A DNA stretch of 64,000 nucleotides from Myxococcales bacterium. Its GTDB lineage: Bacteria; Myxococcota_A; Bradymonadia; UBA7976; UBA1532. The notes under the pieces are model-generated. The model was not told the DNA's origin and did no database searches. It saw only the letters and a list, made by a program, of their open reading frames with translations. Each line of letters begins with the position of its first letter. The first letter of the stretch is position 1. The translations under genes and the position numbers were made by a program. The stretch spans positions 52,434-116,433 of the forward strand of contig PCCS01000017.1 in NCBI GenBank assembly GCA_002731825.1, written 5' to 3'. Positions 28,956 to 38,170 of the stretch are shown here, piece after piece.

Positions 28956-30587
28956 TCATGCGCCCTGTGGTGATGCGCGGCGTAAGACCGCATCGATATC
29001 GACGCCCTTCGAAAGGGTGCCAAAACAGGCGAAACGGTCCATGTTCAATCTTGATTGCACGAACGCGTCTGCAATGGCGTCATCCCCAGAGGTCAGCAGA
29101 ATAGACCCCTGCAGGGCCAAGGCCAACATTTCAACAAATCGTCTGGCGTCGCTTTGGCCGATAGATGCTTGGGTGAGGCCGTCGATGCGCTCTAAGAGCT
29201 GGTCGTACAGTGAATGGTATCCTCGAGCTGTTCTCAGCTGTTCACGAAGCGCTGAGAAGGCATCAGGTTCTTTGACCACAGCTCGAAGAACATCCAGACA
29301 AATCACATTGCCAGAGCCTTCCCAGATGGAATTGAGCGGAGCCTCTTTGTATAAACGGCCAATGCTGTGTTCGGTGACATACCCATTACCACCATGGGAC
29401 TCCATGGCTTCATAGGCGACCCAAGGGACTCGCTTACACACCCAATATTTTCCGATTGCGGTTGCGATACGGGCAAATTGAGCCTGCATTGGATCTGTAT
29501 GTCCCAATTCATACGCACGCGCCAATTTGAATCCCAAAGCCGTGGCAGCCTCGGCTTCGAGGGCGATATCAGCCAACACATTTCTCATCAGTGGTTGTTC
29601 GATGAGCGCCTTACCGAACGCGTACCGGTGTTGAGTATGGTGGCAGGCTTGGGCGACGGCCTGCCGCATCAGCCCCGCACTGGCGACGACGCAATCAAGG
29701 CGTGTGTGGGCCACCATATCAATGATGGTCCTCACGCCTCGGCCCGGTTCCCCTAGACGACGTGCATAAGCCTGGTCGTACTCGATCTCACTGGATGCAT
29801 TAGACCGATTGCCCACCTTCTCTTTAAGGCGCTGCAAGTTCATGTTGTTTGGCTTGTCATCCGGCGTCCAGCGAGGCACGACAAAGCAGGACAAGCCATC
29901 GTCCTCATAGGCTAGAGTAAGAAACAAATCAGACATGGGCGCAGAGCAAAACCACTTGTGTCCAACCAGACGATAACTTCCATCGGCCTGACGAGTGGCT
30001 CGCGTTGCATTCGCTCTCACATCTGAACCACCCTGTTTTTCAGTCATGGCCATCCCGGCTGTATTGGCCGTTTTAGCCGACGCGGACCGATTGCTGGGAT
30101 CATACTCATTGGCCGTCAGTCTCGGGATCCATTCTGATGCGATGTCAGCGTCATGCCTCAAAGCAGGTATCGATGCAAAGGTCATCGTAATGGGACAACC
30201 ATGACCAGGCTCCACCTGACTCATCATATAATTCTTAGCAGCTCGGACGACTAAACGTCCCTCTCGTTCAGACCGCCATGGCATAGAATGAAGCCCATGA
30301 GTCATGCTCGTCGACATTAAATGGTGATAGCTAGGGTGATACTCAACCACATTGATTCGATGCCCGAATCGGTCAAACGCCTTTAAAGTCGGCGGGTTTT
30401 CATTGGCAAGACGTCCATGCTCTTGCATGTCAGCTGAGCCGATCAGCTGACCAAAATCCGTCAACGAGTCGAGACCCCATTGACCCCCTTCTCTTGCCAC
30501 TGCATCGCTCAGCGCCACATCGGTGGTATAGAGATTATAGTCGTGTAGCGGAGGAACTTGATTCTTCACCTCATGAGTCGGCATCAA
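28956..30587 (-). CDS. aidB: AidB-like acyl-CoA dehydrogenase
   Basis: THEVKNQVPPL, CPITMT, MTEKQGGSDV, GHKWFCSAP and NSIWEGSGNVICLDVLR motifs. Confidence 0.9.
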   Translation of the reverse strand: MMPTHEVKNQVPPLHDYNLYTTDVALSDAVAREGGQWGLDSLTDFGQLIGSADMQEHGRLANENPPTLKAFDRFGHRINVVEYHPSYHHLMSTSMTHGLHSMPWRSEREGRLVVRAAKNYMMSQVEPGHGCPITMTFASIPALRHDADIASEWIPRLTANEYDPSNRSASAKTANTAGMAMTEKQGGSDVRANATRATRQADGSYRLVGHKWFCSAPMSDLFLTLAYEDDGLSCFVVPRWTPDDKPNNMNLQRLKEKVGNRSNASSEIEYDQAYARRLGEPGRGVRTIIDMVAHTRLDCVVASAGLMRQAVAQACHHTQHRYAFGKALIEQPLMRNVLADIALEAEAATALGFKLARAYELGHTDPMQAQFARIATAIGKYWVCKRVPWVAYEAMESHGGNGYVTEHSIGRLYKEAPLNSIWEGSGNVICLDVLRAVVKEPDAFSALREQLRTARGYHSLYDQLLERIDGLTQASIGQSDARRFVEMLALALQGSILLTSGDDAIADAFVQSRLNMDRFACFGTLSKGVDIDAVLRRASPQGA

Positions 30588-30603
30588 CAGTAGACCTCCA
30601 ATG

Positions 30604-30629
30604 GTTTTACAATGCGCTCAAAGTAAAAC
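30604..30629. promoter_or_regulatory. Inverted repeat GTTTTAC-N12-GTAAAAC just upstream of aidB (candidate operator)
   Basis: Perfect 7-bp arms in the hflX-aidB intergenic gap, next to the GGAGG RBS. Confidence 0.4.
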
Positions 30630-30681
30630 ATCAACCGGTTTTGACTTTCAATGTCGGTGTGCGCAGCAGACACAGAAAGGC

Positions 30682-32334
30682 TCAATCAGGGTTCGCCCAT
30701 TGCGCCTTCTTTTCCTCTTGCCAGAGGCGGGCTTCAAGGGCGTCGAGTACGGGTCGAAGCGTCTTTCGCTCCAAAGCCGACACACCAAAAGCGCCATAGA
30801 GACGGCACAGATTAGTCGCTATCTCTGCATCTAATAGGTCGGTCTTATTAAAGACCAAAATGACTGGTTTTTGGTCCAGATCAGTTTCAAGCAAGATCCG
30901 TCGAACAGAGTCGATCTGTTCCTCCATCTGGGCATCTGCGATGTCTACGACATGCACGAGGACATCGGCCTCATGTGCTTCTTCAAGTGTCGCCTTAAAC
31001 GCGTTCACAAGACCGTCGGGTAGGTCCCTGATGAATCCAACAGTATCTGTGATGACAAGTTCACGGTCCCGAGGAAACCGCAAGCGTCGCGTGGTCACAT
31101 CGAGGGTCGCAAACAACTTGTCTTCAGTAAGGACTTCACTTTGAGTGATCGCATTGAAGAGCGTACTCTTTCCCGCATTGGTATAGCCGACAACAGCCAC
31201 CGTGGGCACATGGCGAGCATTCCGACGCCGACGACGATTCTGCCGTTGTTTAGCGGCGGTCTTCAGCAATTTAGTCAACGCGCTGATCCGGTCTCTTGCG
31301 CGCCGCCTATCGATTTCAAGTTTTGTCTCACCGGGTCCCCGACCGCCGATGCCTCCCGCAAGCCTCGAGAAGGCGGAACTGCGCTGTGCCAGTCGGGGCA
31401 ACAAATACTTCAACTGGGCTAACTCAACGGCTAACTTACCCTCGCGAGTGTGGGCTCGACGGGCAAATATATCCAGGATCAGCATGCTCCGATCAATGAC
31501 TTTTAGATCTGTCGCCTCGGCGATCGCTCGCACTTGGTTCGGCGTTAAATCTTGGTCGAATATCACCAATTCGCAGTCTTGCTGCATAGACCGTAGTAAA
31601 AGGTCGTCAAGCTTACCTTTACCGATCACGTATCGCGGGTCATAGCTGCGACGCTTCTGGATGATCACATCCACTAGGGCGACATCTGCTGTACTGGCCA
31701 GCTCGGACAATTCCATCAACGCCAAATCCGGTTCGATGGTGTCGCTTGGCAGGCTGACATGGACTGCGATGGCCCGCGTTTGACCCTCGGTCTCGACAGC
31801 GCCAATGGTACGACGACTAAACTCGTCTTCCAGATCGCTGATAAAACCGGAAAAGTCGATTTTATCATCCCAGATGGTCGTCTGAGTGGGCTGCGCATAG
31901 GGCGTATCACTGCCATGGGGTAATAAGTGAGAGTGATAGAACTGGCTGGGCCGTCCATCGTGGCCAACACCGACAGCTGCGATCAAATCAAGGCGTAAGC
32001 GAACAAGATCCGTGAGGTCATCTTGGCTGAGGGGTTCATCTCGTAAATGCGTATGGACCAGGCGGATCCCACGAAAACGACCTTCGCCTGCGCGCGAACG
32101 ACCCAAATCGGGGATAAATAACTGATCGGCATCACCAACGATGACATGCAGCACACGGCCTCGACGGTCCAAGGTAATCCCGATCTGACGCCCTATTTCA
32201 TGAGAGAGTTCGCAAAGTGAGTTTGCCAAGGGTGGTGAGACGATAAGATTAGTCGGGACTTTTCGGTTGTATAGTAAACCGAGCCGATGACGTTGTTTAG
32301 GTTTCAGACCTTGAAGGTTTCCGTGGACTTTCAG
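30682..32334 (-). CDS. hflX: GTPase HflX, long form, proposed CTG start
   Basis: ILDIFARRA, GPGETKLEIDRR, GYTNAGKST, DTVGFI and NKTD motifs. The frame stays open 35 codons upstream of the called start, to a CTG with AGGAG 7 nt before it. Confidence 0.93.
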   Translation of the reverse strand: MKVHGNLQGLKPKQRHRLGLLYNRKVPTNLIVSPPLANSLCELSHEIGRQIGITLDRRGRVLHVIVGDADQLFIPDLGRSRAGEGRFRGIRLVHTHLRDEPLSQDDLTDLVRLRLDLIAAVGVGHDGRPSQFYHSHLLPHGSDTPYAQPTQTTIWDDKIDFSGFISDLEDEFSRRTIGAVETEGQTRAIAVHVSLPSDTIEPDLALMELSELASTADVALVDVIIQKRRSYDPRYVIGKGKLDDLLLRSMQQDCELVIFDQDLTPNQVRAIAEATDLKVIDRSMLILDIFARRAHTREGKLAVELAQLKYLLPRLAQRSSAFSRLAGGIGGRGPGETKLEIDRRRARDRISALTKLLKTAAKQRQNRRRRRNARHVPTVAVVGYTNAGKSTLFNAITQSEVLTEDKLFATLDVTTRRLRFPRDRELVITDTVGFIRDLPDGLVNAFKATLEEAHEADVLVHVVDIADAQMEEQIDSVRRILLETDLDQKPVILVFNKTDLLDAEIATNLCRLYGAFGVSALERKTLRPVLDALEARLWQEEKKAQWANPD

Positions 32335-32446
32335 TGTTGGTCTCCTGCTCTACTTATAGTAATGGACTGTTCATCCGAGTATACTGCATTGCTGCGTCGC
32401 CCGTAAGTCTGCACGCAATTCTATCTCGAAACCAGAGAGGTCGTCT

Positions 32447-33982
32447 GTGACTCCGCGCCACCATTTGCTCTCAAAATCCATTGCGTTTGCAATGGTCGCT
32501 GCGGGCTTCATCGCACATGCGCTCTACTTTAATTTTCTAAATGATGATGCGTTTATCTCTTTCCGTTATTCGGACAATCTGGTTCGACACGGTGAACTGG
32601 TTTTTAATCTCGGTGAACGCGTTGAGGGCTATACTAATTTTCTCTGGACCGTCGCGATGGCCGGCGTCATCAGCGTCGGTCTTGACCCGGCTATTTGGAG
32701 TCGGGTTATCAGTATCGCTCTGGGTATAACGACTCTGTTTCTCGTCATGAACTTCATGGCGAAATTGCGGGGTAAATCCTCTCTCAGTGATGTCGTGCCT
32801 GCCGCGCTCTTAGCCGCATCCCCCGCATACGCTTGCTGGGCAACTGGTGGACTGGAAACCCAATTGTTCACAACGCTGGCCGCCCTGGCTGTCTTCGATT
32901 ACATCACGGGCAGTCTGGGTGAATCAAAAGCCTTGCTCAGGAGTGGTTTTTGGTTTGCCTTGGCCTCGATGACCAGGCCTGAGGGCATGCTCTTGCTTGG
33001 GCTGGTCGGTGTCTACCATATGGGGGCAATGTTTTCGGAAAAGCGACTTAAACCGAGTCTTTTGGAATTCAAATGGGCTGGGGTCTTTCTCATAGTGTTC
33101 GTGCCGTTTTTTGCGTGGCGTTGGACATATTACGGCTGGCCTTTTCCAAACACCTATTATGTGAAGACCGGTGCGGATGGCTTTTGGAGTCCTGGCCTCC
33201 GATATTTGCTCAGCTGGATCAACACCCACGGACTGTGGGTCCTTCCCATTCTCGGCTATATCGGCTGGCGTAAAGCCACGCCGGCAACAAAGCGATTTTT
33301 AGGACTGAGTACACTGGTGCTATTGGGACTCAGCATTCATGTTGCGCGGGTCGGCGGAGACTTCATGGCATTACACCGCTTTTTGGTGCCCTTAATGCCC
33401 TTGGTCAGCCTCATTGCAGCTCTTGGATTGGTGCTGATTTTCGCTCGGGTCTGGGCTTTTAAACCCGGCTTATGCGGCTGTGTCATCGTGGGATGCTTGG
33501 GTATATCGAGTGTTCATATCGCCAAAATTGATAGCCACGCGATGAGCACGGGCAGCGACCAAGGCGTCGACCGAATTGGCTGGCTTAAAACATTTCACGA
33601 ACAATGTACTGCAATCGGTCAATGGCTGGCTAAAAACGCTGAACCAGACATGTCTATCGCCACCACAGCGGCTGGAATTATCCCCTATTACTCTCGCCTG
33701 TATACTGTCGACATCCTGGGCCTCAATGATGAATGGGTCGCTCATAATGTGCCGGCTCGAGGTCAGCGACCGGGTCACACCAAAAGTGCGCCGCTTTCCT
33801 ATATTCTAAAGAAGGACGTTGATTTTTTGATCTACCACCCAACGATTTCAGAAAAAGAGCCCAGGCGGTCGGGTGCCGAACGTGCAGCATGGGCGCGTCG
33901 GGGCTACACATGGAAAACCATTAAGGTCGACGGACTCGAACCGCCTTGGTGGGGTGTGTGGGTCCGGAACCGAGACCGATGA
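32447..33982 (+). CDS. Polytopic GT-C-type membrane glycosyltransferase-like protein
   Basis: DDAFISFRY...GERVEGYTNFLW, GLET, TRPEG, PNTYYVK and DILGLND motifs, with many TM helices. Confidence 0.7.
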   Translation: MTPRHHLLSKSIAFAMVAAGFIAHALYFNFLNDDAFISFRYSDNLVRHGELVFNLGERVEGYTNFLWTVAMAGVISVGLDPAIWSRVISIALGITTLFLVMNFMAKLRGKSSLSDVVPAALLAASPAYACWATGGLETQLFTTLAALAVFDYITGSLGESKALLRSGFWFALASMTRPEGMLLLGLVGVYHMGAMFSEKRLKPSLLEFKWAGVFLIVFVPFFAWRWTYYGWPFPNTYYVKTGADGFWSPGLRYLLSWINTHGLWVLPILGYIGWRKATPATKRFLGLSTLVLLGLSIHVARVGGDFMALHRFLVPLMPLVSLIAALGLVLIFARVWAFKPGLCGCVIVGCLGISSVHIAKIDSHAMSTGSDQGVDRIGWLKTFHEQCTAIGQWLAKNAEPDMSIATTAAGIIPYYSRLYTVDILGLNDEWVAHNVPARGQRPGHTKSAPLSYILKKDVDFLIYHPTISEKEPRRSGAERAAWARRGYTWKTIKVDGLEPPWWGVWVRNRDR

Positions 33983-33985
33983 ACG

Positions 33986-35320
33986 CTACAGACCGGGAAG
34001 AGGGCCTTGCCTAAAATCTAGGTGCCCGAAATGACGCCCATCCACATTCATCATGTTTAAAATTGAGTGAAGAAGCCGTAGGTGGTTTTCATCTGTGTAC
34101 TTGAGGTGCCGACCGGTCTGAAGCCGCCCGCCCGCGCCCCCTGCCAATAGGAATGGCATATCGCTGTGGCTGTGGGTATTGCCTCGGCTGATTTCATTGA
34201 CACAGAAGACCAGGGTGTTATCGAGTAAGGTTTTGTCACCCTCAGGTATGCTCGCCAGGCGTTCTAAGAGATAGGCTTGCTGCTCACTATACCAAACCAA
34301 CATCTGATCCCACTGCCCCTGAAGAGGTTCATTGGAGTCTCCCGAATGAGACAAACTATGACCCTCATGGTCGTTCAGCCCCATGAACGTGAAGCGCAGT
34401 GCATTGACAGCCGAAGAGCATTGGATGCTTCCGAAACGAGTGACGTCGCACGCAAAGGAATTGACCATCACATCGATTTGCGCCCGGAGCAGCTCTCTGA
34501 ACTCGGCTTCACCCATGATGTCCATCGTTGTCGGTTGTGCCGGCAGACAATTGTCTTGGCGTTCCACGATAACAGCCAACCGGCGTTCCAGATCCCGAAG
34601 TGAATCTGCATGGTTCTCCAACTTTCGGCGATCATCGACCCCGAGCTCACTCTGGAGAGCGGCAAAGTCCTGATAGACAAAATCCAAGACAGACCGTCGG
34701 CGACGCATCAGCGTTTCCATATCACCGCTCGTCTCAACCAGTTGGCCACTTCGCCCAAAGGCACGCTGGTAAGCCTCCACGGGGTCATTGATGGGTGCGA
34801 CGGGTTGTTCTTTACCCCGGTAGATGATTCGCGACCGCGGGATCGCTTCTTTGACACGGACGCCCAACTCCAATGAACTCAATGGCGTCGATGGCTGTAA
34901 GGTGTCGACCATGTATTGGTCTAAGGACGGACCTCCACCCCAACCTGCACGACGCCCATCACCACCGACAAAGTCTCCCTCGGTAATGGCTTCACCGGTT
35001 AAAAGAGATGCCATGCCGCGCTGATGGGGTCCACCAGGCCCAAGACCGGCGATGGCCATGTCGACCCCGTCGATCACGACGAGTTTGTCTTTGAAGGCGC
35101 TGAGCGGTTGAAGCAGGGGACCCAATTCAAAGGCGCCGCTGGTGCCATCGGAACCCGGACTCCAGCCTTCCTTCTTTGTTCCGTTCGGCTGATAAAAAAT
35201 CACGAACCGCTGAGGGAATTGGGATGGGCTGTCAGCCGCAAAACTTCGGAATGGGCCCGACACGAGCGGCAGGGCTAATGCACCCGCAGCTCCTTTTAGA
35301 AAACGGCGTCGACTAATCAT
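33986..35320 (-). CDS. DUF1552-family protein with Tat signal
   Basis: SRRRFLK twin-arginine motif, PQRFVIFYQPNG, SLELGV, RRRSVLD and LLDNTLV. Confidence 0.88.
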   Translation of the reverse strand: MISRRRFLKGAAGALALPLVSGPFRSFAADSPSQFPQRFVIFYQPNGTKKEGWSPGSDGTSGAFELGPLLQPLSAFKDKLVVIDGVDMAIAGLGPGGPHQRGMASLLTGEAITEGDFVGGDGRRAGWGGGPSLDQYMVDTLQPSTPLSSLELGVRVKEAIPRSRIIYRGKEQPVAPINDPVEAYQRAFGRSGQLVETSGDMETLMRRRRSVLDFVYQDFAALQSELGVDDRRKLENHADSLRDLERRLAVIVERQDNCLPAQPTTMDIMGEAEFRELLRAQIDVMVNSFACDVTRFGSIQCSSAVNALRFTFMGLNDHEGHSLSHSGDSNEPLQGQWDQMLVWYSEQQAYLLERLASIPEGDKTLLDNTLVFCVNEISRGNTHSHSDMPFLLAGGAGGRLQTGRHLKYTDENHLRLLHSILNMMNVDGRHFGHLDFRQGPLPGL

Positions 35321-36930
35321 CTGCCCGCCCCTCCCCGATGTCTGAAATTTGGGTGCATCGCTAACGACTTCACCAAGGCTCGAAAGTCGTACCCACTGTC
35401 GACGTAAGACTCGTAGACCGATTCCAAGGTGCAGCCATCTTCGCTCCGCTCTCCACGGCCCATTGCATATCTGAAGACTTGCGTGGTCACACAGCGATGA
35501 ACCTGGTCGCTTGTCGCTAAGCGCACCGCCAGCTCATCAAGGCCGTAGAACGGTCCGTTTATGTCCGTGGTTGCCAGGACCTCTCCTGACGCATCGACAG
35601 CCCGGCCGTTCTGAATTTCACGCCATTGCCCAATGGCATCGAAATGTTCGAACCCGAGACCTAAGGGGTCGATGAGTTGATGACAGCCCGCACAATTGGG
35701 GTCTGCGCTGTGTGCCTCGAACAACTGTCGCGTCGTCAAGTTGGGGTCTGGATCGGGCGCCACCACCATCAGGTCGGGCGGTGGGGGCGGAAGCGCTGTA
35801 CAGAGAAGTTGCTCGCGCACGAAGATCCCCCGGTGAATGGGCGATGTCATGTTTGGTTTGGAGGTGGCGGCCAAGATCGCTGGATGACTCAAGATGCCAA
35901 CACGCCGGACATCGGCTGGGTCATCGCCGTCTTTAAAAACACGCGTGAACAGCCGCTCCACGGTTCCGCCATCTGACCAGACAGCCTCTTCGATGAACGC
36001 TTTCGCATCGGCTTTCATGGCCCGGGCTGAGGCCGAGTCAAAGTCGGGATAGTAGCGCGGATCTCGGTCAAGGTTTTCGACACCATCGAGATGAAGCCAC
36101 TGTTCAAAAAAGTGCCAGAACCCAGCATTCGCCTTGGGGTCTTGAAGCATTCGATCGACCTGTCGGGCGAGACCTGCGTCTGTAACCAGCTCTTGGTTCT
36201 CTGCGGCCAAAAATAGAGCATCATCGGGCATGGTGCGCCAAATAAAGTACGACAGCCGCGAGGCTACTTCGTAATTGGTCAGTTCGACAATGTCATCATG
36301 GCCGTTCGACGGTGTCCCAACTTCGACGCGGTATAGGAAACTCGGCGACTGCAAGAGCGCCGTTATCACTAGGCTCACACCTTCTCTGTGGGTCTCACCA
36401 GCGGCCACGGCGCCTCGATAGAGTTTGAGCAGCGCTGTCCGTTCGAGGGCATCCAGGGGCCGGCGCCAAGCCCGCACACCGATGGCATCTAAGTAGCGTT
36501 CAAGGCATCCATCGGCCTGTTCGTTCGCCGTGCAGGGCATCTGTTCATCGAGATCTTCGGTCGCGGCCTGGGCGATCAACTCAGCTGCATACATGTACCG
36601 TTCAGTATGCAGCGGCGTTGCCTGTAGGGCACGAGCGTTATTGTCGAAACCGAGCGCTTCTTCCTCCGGGGGGAAGACGATACCATCAGGTAAATCAAGG
36701 CCGAAGAGGTCTTTGATGGAGCTTTCGTACTCATCGTTGGTCAGGCGTCTGGGCAGAGTTGACCCGGGCTCCAGTGTGTGGACGTCAAGACAGGGTTTTG
36801 GAACGAGGTCGATGTTCGGTTGTGTCCCGGGGGCATCCACGCTCATCGACTGGAATTCAGGCGCAGGATTCTCTTCACACCCGGAGGATACGAGACACAC
36901 AACCATTGCAGCGATAAGTCTTTTGGCCAT
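35317..36930 (-). CDS. DUF1592/DUF1588-type (PSD) lipoprotein with one CxxCH motif
   Basis: Lipobox-like SSGC, RRLTNDEY, LQSPSFLYR, ASRLSYFIW, TSPIHRG and CAGCHQLIDPLG. Confidence 0.88.
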   Translation of the reverse strand: MAKRLIAAMVVCLVSSGCEENPAPEFQSMSVDAPGTQPNIDLVPKPCLDVHTLEPGSTLPRRLTNDEYESSIKDLFGLDLPDGIVFPPEEEALGFDNNARALQATPLHTERYMYAAELIAQAATEDLDEQMPCTANEQADGCLERYLDAIGVRAWRRPLDALERTALLKLYRGAVAAGETHREGVSLVITALLQSPSFLYRVEVGTPSNGHDDIVELTNYEVASRLSYFIWRTMPDDALFLAAENQELVTDAGLARQVDRMLQDPKANAGFWHFFEQWLHLDGVENLDRDPRYYPDFDSASARAMKADAKAFIEEAVWSDGGTVERLFTRVFKDGDDPADVRRVGILSHPAILAATSKPNMTSPIHRGIFVREQLLCTALPPPPPDLMVVAPDPDPNLTTRQLFEAHSADPNCAGCHQLIDPLGLGFEHFDAIGQWREIQNGRAVDASGEVLATTDINGPFYGLDELAVRLATSDQVHRCVTTQVFRYAMGRGERSEDGCTLESVYESYVDSGYDFRALVKSLAMHPNFRHRGGAGR

Positions 36931-37011
36931 CGTTCTTTGAAAACTATCTTCTATAGTCTGCAGTATTGGGTTTTCTTGAGGCTTCGTCAAACCAATCTAC
37001 AGCCCGTTACG

Positions 37012-38157
37012 CTATGACTCGAGGGCGAAAGCCAAGTCCGCAATCAAATCATCCACATGTTCTATCCCTGTGCTGATGCGAATCAGACCATCATCGATTC
37101 CTAATTCTTGCCGAATTTCAGGGGGTACGCTGGCATGGGTCATAATCGCCGGGTGCTCGATGAGACTTTCGACACCACCGAGGCTTTCAGCAAGGGTAAA
37201 GATTTTACATCTCTTCAACAATCGTGTCGCCGGCTCGAGGCCACCCTTTACGACGAAACTCATCATTCCGCCAAATCCATTCATCTGTCTTTTCGCTAAT
37301 TCGTGCTGAGGATGAGACTCTAGCCCCGGGTAAATGACACGTTCAACGGCCGGATGAGCATCAAGCCAGGCTGCAATTCGCCGCCCGTTCTCATCATGCT
37401 GTTTCATCCTAACCGCCAGCGTTTTTGTGCCCCTGAGAACCAGGAAACAATCCATCGGACCGGGTGTCGCCCCCACCGACTTTTGGATGAAGTGGAGGTG
37501 TTCGGCAATGCCATCATCATCGGTTATAGCAACGCCCATGACAACATCACTATGGCCGCCCAAATACTTAGTGCAACTGTGCACAACGACATCAGCGCCG
37601 AAGCTGAGTGGTTGCTGAAAATAAGGAGACATAAAGGTGTTATCAACGATGACTTTGAGCCCATGTCGCTTTGCCCGCTCGACCACAGCTTCAATATCAA
37701 CAAGTTTCATCAATGGATTTGTGGGCGTCTCGATCCAGACTGCGGCCGTCTCTGGCTTGATGTGCTGCTCAAAGGCATCCAAGTCCGTCAGATCGACAAA
37801 GTCGAAGGTCCGAGCCGCTTTGCTAAATACCTGGGAGAACAGGCGGCGAGTTCCTCCGTAGACGTCATCCATGCTGATGATATGAGCCCCCTGGCCCAAC
37901 CAATGGATCACCGCTGCAGTCGCCGCGCAACCGCTGGCAAAACAAATCCCATGTCGGGCGTTTTCCAAAGACGCCAGATTTTGTTCAAGGGCGGTCCGGG
38001 TCGGGTTATCAGCTCGACTGTAATCATACCCCTTATGAACGCCAGGTGCAGACTGGGCGAACGTACTGGTCATGTAGACCGGCGTACAGACAGCACCATA
38101 GGCAGGTTCTGGCTCTTGACCGGCGTGGATGGCGCGTGTTTCAAAACGTTGGCTCAT
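37012..38157 (-). CDS. Cystathionine gamma-lyase/synthase
   Basis: FETRAIHAGQ, YSRADNPTR, ETPTNP, VDNTF, HSCTKYLGGHSD (PLP Lys) and AESLGGVESL. Confidence 0.93.
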   Translation of the reverse strand: MSQRFETRAIHAGQEPEPAYGAVCTPVYMTSTFAQSAPGVHKGYDYSRADNPTRTALEQNLASLENARHGICFASGCAATAAVIHWLGQGAHIISMDDVYGGTRRLFSQVFSKAARTFDFVDLTDLDAFEQHIKPETAAVWIETPTNPLMKLVDIEAVVERAKRHGLKVIVDNTFMSPYFQQPLSFGADVVVHSCTKYLGGHSDVVMGVAITDDDGIAEHLHFIQKSVGATPGPMDCFLVLRGTKTLAVRMKQHDENGRRIAAWLDAHPAVERVIYPGLESHPQHELAKRQMNGFGGMMSFVVKGGLEPATRLLKRCKIFTLAESLGGVESLIEHPAIMTHASVPPEIRQELGIDDGLIRISTGIEHVDDLIADLAFALES

Positions 38158-38170
38158 GGGCGGCTCTCTC

